A stretch of DNA of 64,000 bases from Clostridia bacterium (GCA_035269305.1 DATFJG010000123.1:21254-85253), one strand, 5' to 3'. Counted from the first letter of the stretch, positions 36,418 to 46,942 are shown. Program-made: numbers and translations. Notes: a model not told the origin generated them from the letters alone.

Positions 36418-38487
36418 TCAATTGACTTCCTCTGTAGATACTTTATATTTCTCTAGTTTAATCATCACTTTGAATAGATCGCCATCTATTACAATGTCAA
36501 GAGAGCCATTTTGAACTTCTACTAGACTTTTTGCAATGGACAAGCCTAACCCACTACCGTCATTACTTCGAGCTTCATCTCCCCTTGTAAAACGTTGGAG
36601 TAATTCATCTGCGCAAATATTTAAAGCATTTCTTGAAATATTCTTAACAGTTAATATGACATAATTTTCTTTAGATGTAACATCAATATATACTCTTGAA
36701 TTTTCTAACGCATATTTGAATATATTTGAAAAAATATTGTCAATTGACCGCCATATTAAACTACCATCGGCATTAACAAAGAAACGTTCATCATCAGAAA
36801 AACTTAGTATAAAGTCAAGCCCAGATTCTTCAATTGAGTTTTCATATTCCCCTAATCCTTGATTAATTAAGTCAACTAAATCAATCTTACTTTTTTCTGT
36901 TTGTATATTGCCGCTTTTTAATTTTGACATTTCAAATAAGTCATCTGTTAGAATTTTTAATCGATTAGATTTTTGATCAAGAACATTAATATATTTCTTT
37001 TGTTTTTCAGGATCTTTCTCTTCTTTTAACAAATCAATGTAAGTAATTATAGAAGTCAAAGGGGTTCTTAAATCATGAGATACATTCGTTATTAACTCGG
37101 TTTTTAGCCTTTCACTCTTAACTTCATTCATTAAAGCATTCTTTAATCCTTCTCTAATACCATTGATTTCTCCAGCAATTTTTTTAAGTTCTCCATTTCT
37201 TTTCACTTCAATTTTATGGTCTAAATTACCTTCTCTTATTTTTTGAGTACCAATTTTGACTTTCTTGATTCCCTTAATATTTATAATCCATAGCAATATG
37301 ATAAAAAATACTGGAATAGCTAGAATAGTTAAAGGATAAATTAATACGGAAAACAGTACTAAAAATGTATATAGCCCAATTGCTAAGACTATTTTTATTC
37401 CTAAACTTCCCATATTAAAAATGCTTTGTAAACTTAAAAATATTTTTGATAAAATAGTATAAATTAGCGAATGCTTTATAAGCGTTCTATTCTTTAGATG
37501 CTTAATAATTGATAAGAACAATAGTAATCCCAGAGAAATAGCGAAAATGGTTAATGGAAGATAGTATTCTATTTCATTTAAACCCATTTGTATAAATTCA
37601 GACATAATTATTATATATGTAACCACTAAAATCGAAAGAATCAATAAATTAATATCCGTATATAATTTGTCAACAAAATTCATTTGAACTTTTTCTACTT
37701 CCCCATTCCTACCAATGATAATCATCAATAGTAATAAAGAAATAACACCAACAGATAGATAAATAACTGATAGTCTTAAACGATTTTCAGCAATACTTTT
37801 GGTCAAAGTGTAATCTTCTCTTAAATCCTCTAAGATATTATTTGGAAAGCTTGTGTAAAAAATATCTGTTTTCTCATGAATATTTTTCAAAGTATGATTA
37901 AAGTAATATGCCTTTTCCTTAAATGCTTCTGGTGCAACTATATTACTACTTTGATTTTTTACCATATAGATTTCTGAAGAACTAAATGCTCTTGCCATTG
38001 AATCGTCAGCATTAGACAATTCAAATGAATCACTTTTTAAATAATATTTTAGATACATAACTTCTGAACTGTTTGAGAGATTTCTTTTAATTTCTGCAAC
38101 ATCTTGATCTATTAATTCCCTTTTAATCTCAGTTATCTGATTTTCCTCAAGATTATTTAATTCTTCAATGGACTCAATATTATAATCTTCCTTAGCTTGA
38201 CTAAGTATTCTTTCATCTGAGATATATCCTTTTTGCTTCGTAAGTGATAGTTTTTCATTTAATTCAAGTCTTTCATGTATTCTATGAAGGTCTGAATAAA
38301 TCTTACTATTGAGTATCTGACTCTCATAAAAACTATTGCTATTTAAAACCGATACAATTGAATGTTCTGTTCTCTGATCATCTATTAAAAGACCTGAAAC
38401 TAATAATGTAAAGGATGCTACAATTAAAGCAAATAATATTATTTTAACAATTATTGAATGGCTTAATTTCTTCAACTTTGTATCCAA
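36418..38487 (-). CDS. Sensor histidine kinase (large N-terminal extracytoplasmic region plus multi-TM block, HAMP)
   Basis: H-box NVSHDLRTPLTS and a C-terminal HATPase region (GSGLGLSIAK). Overlaps the response-regulator gene by 44 nt. Confidence 0.9.
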   Translation of the reverse strand: MDTKLKKLSHSIIVKIILFALIVASFTLLVSGLLIDDQRTEHSIVSVLNSNSFYESQILNSKIYSDLHRIHERLELNEKLSLTKQKGYISDERILSQAKEDYNIESIEELNNLEENQITEIKRELIDQDVAEIKRNLSNSSEVMYLKYYLKSDSFELSNADDSMARAFSSSEIYMVKNQSSNIVAPEAFKEKAYYFNHTLKNIHEKTDIFYTSFPNNILEDLREDYTLTKSIAENRLRLSVIYLSVGVISLLLLMIIIGRNGEVEKVQMNFVDKLYTDINLLILSILVVTYIIIMSEFIQMGLNEIEYYLPLTIFAISLGLLLFLSIIKHLKNRTLIKHSLIYTILSKIFLSLQSIFNMGSLGIKIVLAIGLYTFLVLFSVLIYPLTILAIPVFFIILLWIINIKGIKKVKIGTQKIREGNLDHKIEVKRNGELKKIAGEINGIREGLKNALMNEVKSERLKTELITNVSHDLRTPLTSIITYIDLLKEEKDPEKQKKYINVLDQKSNRLKILTDDLFEMSKLKSGNIQTEKSKIDLVDLINQGLGEYENSIEESGLDFILSFSDDERFFVNADGSLIWRSIDNIFSNIFKYALENSRVYIDVTSKENYVILTVKNISRNALNICADELLQRFTRGDEARSNDGSGLGLSIAKSLVEVQNGSLDIVIDGDLFKVMIKLEKYKVSTEEVN

Positions 38488-39148
38488 TGCCCCACACCAC
38501 CTTTAAGTATTCTGGATTCTTCGGATTGATTTCAATTTTTTCCCTAATTCTTCTAATATGAACTGCTACTGTGTTCTTAGAATTATAAGATTCTTCTTGC
38601 CAAACATTCTCATAGATTTCATCTATTGAGAAAACTCTACCTGCATTTTTTAACAGAAACTTAAGCATCTCATATTCAATTGGCGTTAATTTTATGATTT
38701 CTCCATCAACTGTTACTTCTTTTTTCTCATCATCAATTACTAATCCACCAGTTTGAAAAACATCTTCTTTCATTTCCATGCTGCCGAGTTGAGTATATCT
38801 TCTAATTTGAGATTTAACCCTTGCAATCAATTCCAATGGATTAAATGGTTTTGTAATATAATCATCGGCTCCCATGTTTAGCCCCATTATTTTATCCATA
38901 TCTTCTGACTTTGCAGATAACATAATTACTGGAATATTAAAATCTTTTCTAATTTTATTCGTTGTTTCTAAACCATTCATTTGCGGCATCATAATATCCA
39001 TTATTACTAAATGTACTTTGTTATCTCTCAATAATTGAAGTGCCTCAACTCCATTATGTGCTTTTAATACATCATAACCTTCATTTGATAGATATATTTC
39101 TATCGCATCTACTATTTCATGTTCATCATCGCATACTAATATATTCAT
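38444..39148 (-). CDS. OmpR/PhoB-family response regulator
   Basis: Receiver domain (ILVCDDE...MDIMMP) and winged-helix C-terminus (VAVHIRRIREKIE, VWGIGYK). Confidence 0.9.
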   Translation of the reverse strand: MNILVCDDEHEIVDAIEIYLSNEGYDVLKAHNGVEALQLLRDNKVHLVIMDIMMPQMNGLETTNKIRKDFNIPVIMLSAKSEDMDKIMGLNMGADDYITKPFNPLELIARVKSQIRRYTQLGSMEMKEDVFQTGGLVIDDEKKEVTVDGEIIKLTPIEYEMLKFLLKNAGRVFSIDEIYENVWQEESYNSKNTVAVHIRRIREKIEINPKNPEYLKVVWGIGYKVEEIKPFNNC

Positions 39149-39207
39149 ATATCTCCCTCCTACTGAATTCTATTATAACAGGAAAATATTAATAAATAGC
39201 TAATAAA

Positions 39208-39231
39208 ATTCTTAAGATTTTCTTAAGAATT
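39208..39231 (-). promoter_or_regulatory. Direct repeat CTTAAGAA x2 (11-nt period) upstream of the TCS promoter
   Basis: Minus strand AATTCTTAAGAAAATCTTAAGAATT lies about 43-66 nt upstream of the inferred TSS. The extended -10 is TGtTATAAT (TATAAT = 39177-39172). Confidence 0.35.
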
Positions 39232-39267
39232 AAAAAATCCCTTTCTTTCGAAAGAGATTCTATAATT

Positions 39268-40512
39268 CTATATATTCAAGTTGATCTGTTCTGCTATGAT
39301 TTCATTAGCAGTTTTTTCTTTCCTTATTTTTTTGATAACCCCATCTATAACAAAATATTCTGCAGGAAAATCATGGGATAGAAAATATAACATACTCTCA
39401 CTATAACCATAAGCTCCCGCTTCTAAAATTGCAAGATAGTCACCCATTTCTAGTTTCGGCATTTCAATATCTTTGGCGAAAAAATCTAAACCTGTACATA
39501 ATTGACCACCAATAGATACTATTTCTGATGGTTCACTTAATTCATTGAAAGTTTCTATATAATGGTTTTGCTTAATAAGTGCTGGTCTTAACAAATGATT
39601 AATTCCACCTTTAACTAAAACAAAATTCTTTTCTCTTGATGTTTTTCTGTCAATCACTTGTGTTACATAAGCACCAGATTCACCAACTAAATACCTACCA
39701 CTTTCAAGAATGATCTTAAAATTCTGGCGATTTGCGAAGTCATCATTTTTCACTAAAATCTTTTCTAACTGAATTCCTAATGACTCAATACCTAACACAT
39801 TACCATTATGGAGATAATCAATACCAAAACCACTACCAACATCAATTGTTTCAAATGTCATATTCATTTGGTTTTCTAATTTTCTCGTTAGTTTGAATAC
39901 TTTTTCGAAATAATCACCAATGAGAGTCTCATTTAACACTTGCGTCGCTGCAAAAATATGTAACCCTTTAATCTTAGCGTACTCTAAAGTGCTGAATACT
40001 TCTGTAAAATTTGGTATTTGTTCCTCATCGATTCCAAATTTCATAGCACCACCGCCCATTTGCAAGATTGACTCATCTACTGTAAACAATGGATTAATTC
40101 TTAAATTAATATTTTGTGTTAAATTAAGACTTTTGCATAATTTTTCAACTTTTTGTAGCTCATTTATAGACTCTACATTAATAGCAAATATTTGCTTCTC
40201 AATAGCTAACTTTAGGCCTTCAATGGATTTAGCTGGACCTGCAAACACAATTCGCTTTGGATCAACTCCCATTGAAATGGCAGCTTTTAACTCACCAATT
40301 GAAGCAATTTCTATTCCTGATCCTAACTGATTGAGAAATCTTACAATATTTATATTTGGATTTGCCTTCATTGAAAAAAATACGTCAATTATACTTGGTA
40401 ATTTCTCCTCAAGGGAACTGTATTGATCCTTAATTACTTGGCTATCATAAATATAAAATGGGGTTTTAGTTTTTTCGATGAAATCTTTATACGCTTTAAT
40501 ATCTATTTTCAT
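39268..40512 (-). CDS. lysA: Diaminopimelate decarboxylase (Orn/DAP/Arg decarboxylase family 2)
   Basis: PFYIYD and the PLP-Lys motif FFSMKAN. Last gene of the L-box-controlled DAP/lysine operon. Confidence 0.8.
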   Translation of the reverse strand: MKIDIKAYKDFIEKTKTPFYIYDSQVIKDQYSSLEEKLPSIIDVFFSMKANPNINIVRFLNQLGSGIEIASIGELKAAISMGVDPKRIVFAGPAKSIEGLKLAIEKQIFAINVESINELQKVEKLCKSLNLTQNINLRINPLFTVDESILQMGGGAMKFGIDEEQIPNFTEVFSTLEYAKIKGLHIFAATQVLNETLIGDYFEKVFKLTRKLENQMNMTFETIDVGSGFGIDYLHNGNVLGIESLGIQLEKILVKNDDFANRQNFKIILESGRYLVGESGAYVTQVIDRKTSREKNFVLVKGGINHLLRPALIKQNHYIETFNELSEPSEIVSIGGQLCTGLDFFAKDIEMPKLEMGDYLAILEAGAYGYSESMLYFLSHDFPAEYFVIDGVIKKIRKEKTANEIIAEQINLNI

Positions 40513-40523
40513 TTCTTATCCTT

Positions 40524-41636
40524 TCAATTAATATTCTTAAAATAGTCATTTATTCTAGTCATTGCTTCTTTAATATCATCAGGCTTTGCACCAAAGGATA
40601 ATCTTAAATGTCCTTTACCCCTTGAACCAAAGGCACTACCAGGTATAACTAACACATTTTTTTCCTTTAATAAATCCATAGTGATTTCATCATCATTTCC
40701 ATAAAATGAAACATCTATAAAATAATAAAGTCCTGCTTCTGTATTAACATATTTTATATGTTCTATTTTTCTCAGGTAGTTTTCCATAATGTTCTTGTTT
40801 TCTCTTAACTGATTTATAACAATACCTTTATTATTCTTTAACCCTTCTAAAGCTGCATATTGAGAGATTGTTGAAGCACAGGAATTCATCAATAAATGGT
40901 GCTTAACCATTTCGTCGATAAATCCTCGATTCCCATAAATCCAACCAATACGCCACCCTGTCATTGAAAACTCCTTTGAAACGCTTGAAATGGCAATAAC
41001 ATTATCTTTATGGTTATAGTCATACAATGACTTGACTCGACTACCATTATAGTTCAAACCTTGATAAGCTTCATCAGAAAGAATAATAATATTTTTCTCA
41101 TTTGCCAGTTGTACTAACTTTTCTAAGTCACCCCCATGAAAAGCAACCCCTGTTGGATTACCTGGATTATTAATGATGATCATCTTTGTTTGGTCTGTTA
41201 TCTTATCATAAATACTTTTTAAATTAATTTGATAGTTTTTATTTAACTCATAATACTTGCAAGATGCCCCTGTTAACCTTCCAATAGGCTCATAGGCTAA
41301 GTAGCCCGGATTAGGTATTAAAACCTCGTCACCGGCTTCTAAAAGGGATCTCATGACAAGATAAATCCCTTCAGCAGCACCAATAGTTACTAAAGCATTA
41401 TTAAAGTCCCCTTTTGTATAACGCTTTGAAATTTCATCTCTTAATGCTTTTATGCCATAATTACTAGAATAGTAGGTTTCATCATTATTAATAGCATCAA
41501 CAGCTGCCTTTTTTATATAATCCGGCGTTTTACAATAAGGACGACCAATACCTAAATTAATCGTTTCTTCATTCGCCAATTGATTCAAAGACCTAATTTT
41601 TGAATACTCTAAGGCTTTTACTTGTTCTAAAATCAT
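40524..41636 (-). CDS. Class I/II PLP aminotransferase (probable N-acyl-LL-diaminopimelate aminotransferase)
   Basis: NPGNPTG and SVSKEFSMTGWRIG (PLP Lys) motifs. Lies between dapD and lysA. Confidence 0.7.
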   Translation of the reverse strand: MILEQVKALEYSKIRSLNQLANEETINLGIGRPYCKTPDYIKKAAVDAINNDETYYSSNYGIKALRDEISKRYTKGDFNNALVTIGAAEGIYLVMRSLLEAGDEVLIPNPGYLAYEPIGRLTGASCKYYELNKNYQINLKSIYDKITDQTKMIIINNPGNPTGVAFHGGDLEKLVQLANEKNIIILSDEAYQGLNYNGSRVKSLYDYNHKDNVIAISSVSKEFSMTGWRIGWIYGNRGFIDEMVKHHLLMNSCASTISQYAALEGLKNNKGIVINQLRENKNIMENYLRKIEHIKYVNTEAGLYYFIDVSFYGNDDEITMDLLKEKNVLVIPGSAFGSRGKGHLRLSFGAKPDDIKEAMTRINDYFKNIN

Positions 41637-42460
41637 AACCTTAAACCTTCTTCAAGGGATAATTTTACATCGGTTTGGTCATCTCTATACTTAATAATAA
41701 TTGGTGTATATACACCTAAGTTATTTTCTTTTCCAAAATCAGTATTAATCGGTCTATTGCCAGGTACAACTACAGCATTTTCTGGCACCTCTAAGACACC
41801 TTCATTATTTTTGGTGATAACACATTCATTCACTAAATCATAAATAGGTGTTGATGCAGTAATGATTACACCTGAAGAAATAACGGCATTTGAATTAACA
41901 AGTACGCCTTCATAAATACCCGAGTTTCCACCAACGAAAACATTGTCTTCTATTATTACAGGTGTAGAGTTAACTGGTTCTAGTACACCACCGATTTGAA
42001 CACCAGCACTAATATGACAATTTTTTCCAACTTGAGCACAACTGCCAACAAGAACATTTGAATCAAGTAAGGTTCCTTCGGCTACATAGGCGCCAACATT
42101 TACATAAGTCGGTGGCATAACAATGACTCCTTCTTCAATGAAACTACCCTTTCTTAATGAAGTACCACCTGGAACAATTCTCCTTTTATTGTTAATAAAA
42201 GTCTTAGCTGGATAAGTGTCTTTATCATAAAAACTTAACCCCCCAGCCGCCATATCTACAACTTCACCTATTCTAAAACCAAGTAATATTCCCTTCTTTA
42301 CCCATGCATTTGCTTGCCACTCACCATCAACTTTTATTGCTGATCTAATTTTTCCGCTATCTAATAACTTGATAAACTCATTAAATGTATCTTTTACTTC
42401 TTGTATTGCTTCTGCTTCAAATCCTTCATAAAATTCTAATATTCTCTCTTCTAAATTCAT
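41633..42460 (-). CDS. dapD: 2,3,4,5-tetrahydropyridine-2,6-dicarboxylate N-acyltransferase (DapD type)
   Basis: Collinear with E. coli DapD from memory (DGEWQANAWVKKGILLGFR; GSCAQVGKNCHISAGVQIGGVLEP). Confidence 0.85.
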   Translation of the reverse strand: MNLEERILEFYEGFEAEAIQEVKDTFNEFIKLLDSGKIRSAIKVDGEWQANAWVKKGILLGFRIGEVVDMAAGGLSFYDKDTYPAKTFINNKRRIVPGGTSLRKGSFIEEGVIVMPPTYVNVGAYVAEGTLLDSNVLVGSCAQVGKNCHISAGVQIGGVLEPVNSTPVIIEDNVFVGGNSGIYEGVLVNSNAVISSGVIITASTPIYDLVNECVITKNNEGVLEVPENAVVVPGNRPINTDFGKENNLGVYTPIIIKYRDDQTDVKLSLEEGLRL

Positions 42461-42462
42461 TT

Positions 42463-43353
42463 TTACTGCCTCCCTATTGCTTCAACGATTGATTCAATTA
42501 ATCCTACATTTTTATTTGTTAATTTTACCAGTGGTAATCTTACTTCGCCAGTATCCATACCAGCATATTTCATAGCACCTTTTATCGGTGAAGGATTGGT
42601 TTCTATAAATGCACCCTTCATCATTGGTAGTAATTTATTATGAATGCTTCGCGCCTCTTGAAAGTTTCCCTTTAGTGCGGCGCGAACCATTGTTGACATT
42701 TCTTTTGGGTAAAGATTACTTATAACAGATACAACACCATGACCACCAAGTCCTAAAAGTGGCAATGTTAAACTATCATCTCCACTCATCACATGAAAAT
42801 TTGTTTTTGGATTTGCAATTTCTGTTATAACAGATTGAATTTGACTCATATTTCCTGAAGCTTCCTTTACGCCAATGATGCCTTCTAATTCAGCAATTCT
42901 TTTTAACGTTTCTGTTTCAATATTTCTACCTGTTCTTCCTTCAATGTTGTAAACCAATATGGGTATATTCGTTGCTTCAACAACTGCTTTAAAATGTTGA
43001 AATATCCCTTCTTGAGTAGGCTTGTTATAATAAGGTGTAACAATTAGAGCGATATCAGCTCCTTTTTTTTCAGCTTCTATTGTATCTTTAACGGTCTTTG
43101 CTGTGGCGTTACTACCTGTTCCAACCATTAAAGGCACTCGATTATTGATTGTTTTGATACAACAATCAATTATTTTATTTTCTTCTTCTGCCGTTAATGT
43201 AGGTGTTTCAGCAGTTGTTCCTAAAGCTAATAAACCGTCAATTCCATTTTCAATTTGATATTCTACATTTTTCTCTAACTGTTTGTAATCAACACTTCCA
43301 TCCTCTAAAAAAGGTGTAATTAAAGCAGTAAATGCTCCGTTAATTATCATCAT
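42463..43353 (-). CDS. dapA: 4-hydroxy-tetrahydrodipicolinate synthase
   Basis: GAFTALITPF, GTTAE and YNKPTQEG motifs. The internal ATG 43353/43350 after GGAGGG is used instead of track start 43416. Confidence 0.9.
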   Translation of the reverse strand: MMIINGAFTALITPFLEDGSVDYKQLEKNVEYQIENGIDGLLALGTTAETPTLTAEEENKIIDCCIKTINNRVPLMVGTGSNATAKTVKDTIEAEKKGADIALIVTPYYNKPTQEGIFQHFKAVVEATNIPILVYNIEGRTGRNIETETLKRIAELEGIIGVKEASGNMSQIQSVITEIANPKTNFHVMSGDDSLTLPLLGLGGHGVVSVISNLYPKEMSTMVRAALKGNFQEARSIHNKLLPMMKGAFIETNPSPIKGAMKYAGMDTGEVRLPLVKLTNKNVGLIESIVEAIGRQ

Positions 43354-44107
43354 TAATCCCCTCCAATATATCATCAAAATAATCCTTAAACTCAAAAGTA
43401 CCTTTCTTGTCAACAATATAATGTGCTGCCATTAATGCTCCTTTAGCAAAACCTTCTCTATTACGTGCTTCATGTTTTATACTTATTTGGTCTTCCTTTG
43501 AATCAAATATCACTTCATGTAAACCATTAATATTTCCACAGCGCATACTTGTAAAATGTAACTCATTCTTATCAATAGCTCTATTGCCTGGTTGATATGT
43601 TACTTTGTCTTTTCTATCGTATTGGTTCAAAATAATATTGGCTATGGTTTCAGCAGTACCAGAAGGAATATCTTTTTTCATACGGTGATGGCTTTCAAAA
43701 CCTGCTACATCATATCCCTTGACTTGATTCATTAACTTACTTCCATAACTAATCATCTTAAAAAGAATATTTACACCAATGGAATAATTTGATCCAAACA
43801 TGAGTGTAGTATTATTTTTTTCAACCATTTCTTTAACTTTTTCTAAATCATCATACCAGCCCGTTGTTCCCACAACAACTGGCATTTTTAACTCAACTAA
43901 TTTTCCAATATTTTCAAGTATGACAGCTGGTGTAGTGAAATCGATGCATACATCGCAGTCCCTTAAATTCTGTTTTGTAATTTCTCTTCCAGTAGCTTTT
44001 TCATGAAATGGATCAATTATCGCCTTTACTTCAATACTAAAATCATTTGATAGCTTATGAAGCATTTGTCCCATTTTTCCATAACCAATTAGACCTACTT
44101 TTAACAT
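43340..44107 (-). CDS. dapB: 4-hydroxy-tetrahydrodipicolinate reductase
   Basis: MLKVGLIGYGKMG Rossmann N-terminus and ESHHRMKKDIPSGTA motif. Confidence 0.9.
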   Translation of the reverse strand: MLKVGLIGYGKMGQMLHKLSNDFSIEVKAIIDPFHEKATGREITKQNLRDCDVCIDFTTPAVILENIGKLVELKMPVVVGTTGWYDDLEKVKEMVEKNNTTLMFGSNYSIGVNILFKMISYGSKLMNQVKGYDVAGFESHHRMKKDIPSGTAETIANIILNQYDRKDKVTYQPGNRAIDKNELHFTSMRCGNINGLHEVIFDSKEDQISIKHEARNREGFAKGALMAAHYIVDKKGTFEFKDYFDDILEGINDDN

Positions 44108-45459
44108 ACCGTCACCTCTTCTTCAAATATTAAACCATCATGCAGTGCATTGATTGTTTTTTCTAATTTTTCTGAATCGATAATAAACCCTATATTTACA
44201 TGGGATGCTCCATAAGAAACCATTTTTATATTAATATTATGCTCTTCTAAAATATCAAAGGCTTGATTAAAAATGCCTGTTGATTCTTCAGTATTGCCGA
44301 TTAAACTCACAATTGATTGGTTTTTTGTAATTTTTATATGAGCAAAATGAGATAAAGCTTCTTCTAAAGTATCCAAGTCATGACTTTCATCTAGTGTTAA
44401 AGAAATACTTACTTCACTGGTAGCAATCATATCAACAGATATTTTAAGTGCATCAAAGACTTCAAAAACTCTTGCAAGAAATCCATAATGGCCTAGCATA
44501 CGATTAGATTCGATATGAATTAATGTAATATCCGTTCGATAAGAAATTGTTTTAATATGACTTTGATCTTTTAAATAATCAATGGTATCAACTATTTTCG
44601 TTCCTTCAGCATCAGGATCTAAGAAATTTTTTATCCAAACGGCAATATTTTTCTCCATTGCTGGAAATATGGCTTGAGGATGTAAAATTTCTGCACCATA
44701 GTACGCCATCTCTGAAGCTTCCTTGTAACTAATGCAGTTTATTTTACGAGTATTCTTTACTAACTTCGGATTAGAAGTTAGTATTCCTTCGACATCTTTC
44801 CATAAAACAACTCTTTCGGCACCAATGGCTTGAGCGATGTATGATGCTGTTAAATCTGAGCCACCTCTTCCTAAGGTTGTAATATTTCCATTTTTCTCCT
44901 TTGATATAAAACCTGTTATAATCGGCAAAATATTTTGATCTAAATATTTTTCTATATTATACTTGATTAACTCACTTGATTCTTCTAAGATACTCGCTTG
45001 ACCATAATTACTATTAGAGACTATTCCTATTTCCCAACTATTAAACCCTTGAGCATTTATCCCCAATACCTTTAAATATTCACTTAATACAATTATTGAA
45101 AGTCTTTCCCCAAAACTCATCATTAAATCATAATTTTTTTTGCTTAATTGCTTTTCTTCTTTGATCGCCATTAAAGCTGTTTCCATTTGTTTAAATATAT
45201 CTTCTAATCGGTTATAATCAATAGTTAGCGCTTCACAAATATTTTGATGAATCGTCTTTACATTTACGAAATCAATTGTCCCTTTAGCCGCTTTATTACC
45301 AGCTATTATAAGTTCATTAGTTGACTCACCAATAGCTGAAATAACAACTACTAATTCTTTGTCTAAATTATTTTTGATAATTTTTGCTGTATTTTTTAAG
45401 CGTTCACTATTCTTTAAGCTTACGCCTCCGAATTTGATAACTATTCTATCTTTTTCCAT
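44101..45459 (-). CDS. lysC: Aspartate kinase
   Basis: IVIKFGGVSL, TLGRGGSDLTA and C-terminal ACT repeats. ATG 45459 is preferred over track 45471. Confidence 0.9.
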   Translation of the reverse strand: MEKDRIVIKFGGVSLKNSERLKNTAKIIKNNLDKELVVVISAIGESTNELIIAGNKAAKGTIDFVNVKTIHQNICEALTIDYNRLEDIFKQMETALMAIKEEKQLSKKNYDLMMSFGERLSIIVLSEYLKVLGINAQGFNSWEIGIVSNSNYGQASILEESSELIKYNIEKYLDQNILPIITGFISKEKNGNITTLGRGGSDLTASYIAQAIGAERVVLWKDVEGILTSNPKLVKNTRKINCISYKEASEMAYYGAEILHPQAIFPAMEKNIAVWIKNFLDPDAEGTKIVDTIDYLKDQSHIKTISYRTDITLIHIESNRMLGHYGFLARVFEVFDALKISVDMIATSEVSISLTLDESHDLDTLEEALSHFAHIKITKNQSIVSLIGNTEESTGIFNQAFDILEEHNINIKMVSYGASHVNIGFIIDSEKLEKTINALHDGLIFEEEVTVC

Positions 45460-45462
45460 ATA

Positions 45463-45510
45463 AAAAAACATCCTTTCTACGAGTAGTTACACTACTTGTA
45501 AAAAGGATGC
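45463..45510 (-). terminator. L-box expression-platform terminator (3' arm contains the lysC SD)
   Basis: Minus strand CATCCTTT-TTAC-AAGTAGT-gtaa-ACTACTC-GTAG-AAAGGATG followed by T6, then ATATG. Confidence 0.75.
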
Positions 45511-45554
45511 AGTAAAGTTTTGTATATATTTTAAGTCACATAAATATACCCAAG

Positions 45555-45760
45555 TTTTTAACATCCTCAATAATTCACAGTAGCGCAACATTATAATCAA
45601 TTTATAATGACAGTTCTATATTTATTTAATATAGACCCAGGAAATATATTTTGGTGAATATATACCTTCGGCAAATTTCCCTTTCGTCACTTCTCATCGA
45701 TTACCAATCTAAAAGCAACTACTATTAAAATTCGCACCTCTAACTTCAAACATGAGGTTT
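45555..45760 (-). promoter_or_regulatory. Lysine riboswitch (L-box)
   Basis: Minus strand carries the conserved L-box blocks AGAGGTGCGA, AGTA, GCCGAAGG, CCTGGGTC, AACTGTCA and TGCGCTACT in canonical order, upstream of lysC. Confidence 0.85.
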
Positions 45761-45774
45761 ATTAAGTTTTTTAT

Positions 45775-45803
45775 ATACTAACATTTATAATTATACATGT
45801 CAA
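45775..45803 (-). promoter_or_regulatory. Sigma-A-type promoter of the L-box/lysine operon
   Basis: Minus strand reads TTGACA (45803-45798), 17 nt, TAGTAT (45780-45775). Confidence 0.6.
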
Positions 45804-45832
45804 CGTTAATAATTATTTTTTTAATAATTTCG

Positions 45833-46942
45833 TTAATCTAAGCTCTTATGAAATTTTTTAATAGCAGTCATTAATAGAATAAATGAAAATGCAACTAGCA
45901 CAAGTGACTCTGTAATTAATAATTTAAATGATGTTCCTTTCAGTATGATTCCTCTTAAAATAACAATAAAGTAAGTCGCTGGTAATAATTTGCTTATATT
46001 CTGTACCATACTTGGCATTGCATCAATTGGAAACATAAAACCACTTAAAAGTATTGTTGGCAGTAATATAATGAAAGTAATCTGCATTGCTTGTAATTGA
46101 TTTCTTGCAATAGTAGAAATTAGCATGCCAATAGATAAAGCGGTAATTACAAAAACAAAACCCAGTATCATTAATAACAAAAGACTCCCGCGAATTGGAA
46201 TTGAAAACAACTGCGTACCTAAGAATAACGCAATCAAAAAATCTATGAATCCAATACTAATATATGGAATCATCTTTCCAATAATTAACTCAGAAGGTTT
46301 AATCGGACTAACAATTAATAATTCCAAGTTCCCCCGTTCACGTTCTCGTACCAAAGAAAAAGCTGTTAGTATTATCGTAATATTTTGCATAACTATACCA
46401 ATTAATCCTGGCACAATAAAATTAGTACTTTTAAGATTTGGGTTATACCAAACCTTAGTATTTAGAGCCCCTTCAGTCATCTTTAGTCTAACTTCTTTAC
46501 TAACAGAATTAACATTTGCAATTAAGGTTCCACTTTGAAGAGCTGTCTGAGCAACTGTTGGGTCTGTACCATCAATAATTAATAGCGCCTCTTCCTTTTT
46601 TTCGCCTAAATCACTATAGCCATGGGGTATTATTAAAGCACTTTTAACCTCATTTGAATCAATCATTTCTTCTATTGAATTTAGGTTATTAACATATGCA
46701 TAGGGCTTGAAATAATTTGAAGCAGCAAATTTACTCACTAAAGCACGACTTTCATAAGAATAGTCATTATCTAAAATCGCAAGCTTTATTTCATCTACTT
46801 CAGTAGTAATTGTATATCCAAAAAGTACAGTAAAAAGTATAGGCATCATTAAAACAATAAAGAGACTCGCTTTATCTCGCTTGATATGAATAAACTCTTT
46901 TTTTATTATATTCAATAATCGATAGAAACTCATATTAGGCAT
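45833..46942 (-). CDS. ABC-2 type transporter permease
   Basis: 369 aa with one N-terminal TM, a large external loop, then five TMs. This is typical ABC-2 (YhhJ-like) topology. Confidence 0.8.
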   Translation of the reverse strand: MPNMSFYRLLNIIKKEFIHIKRDKASLFIVLMMPILFTVLFGYTITTEVDEIKLAILDNDYSYESRALVSKFAASNYFKPYAYVNNLNSIEEMIDSNEVKSALIIPHGYSDLGEKKEEALLIIDGTDPTVAQTALQSGTLIANVNSVSKEVRLKMTEGALNTKVWYNPNLKSTNFIVPGLIGIVMQNITIILTAFSLVRERERGNLELLIVSPIKPSELIIGKMIPYISIGFIDFLIALFLGTQLFSIPIRGSLLLLMILGFVFVITALSIGMLISTIARNQLQAMQITFIILLPTILLSGFMFPIDAMPSMVQNISKLLPATYFIVILRGIILKGTSFKLLITESLVLVAFSFILLMTAIKKFHKSLD

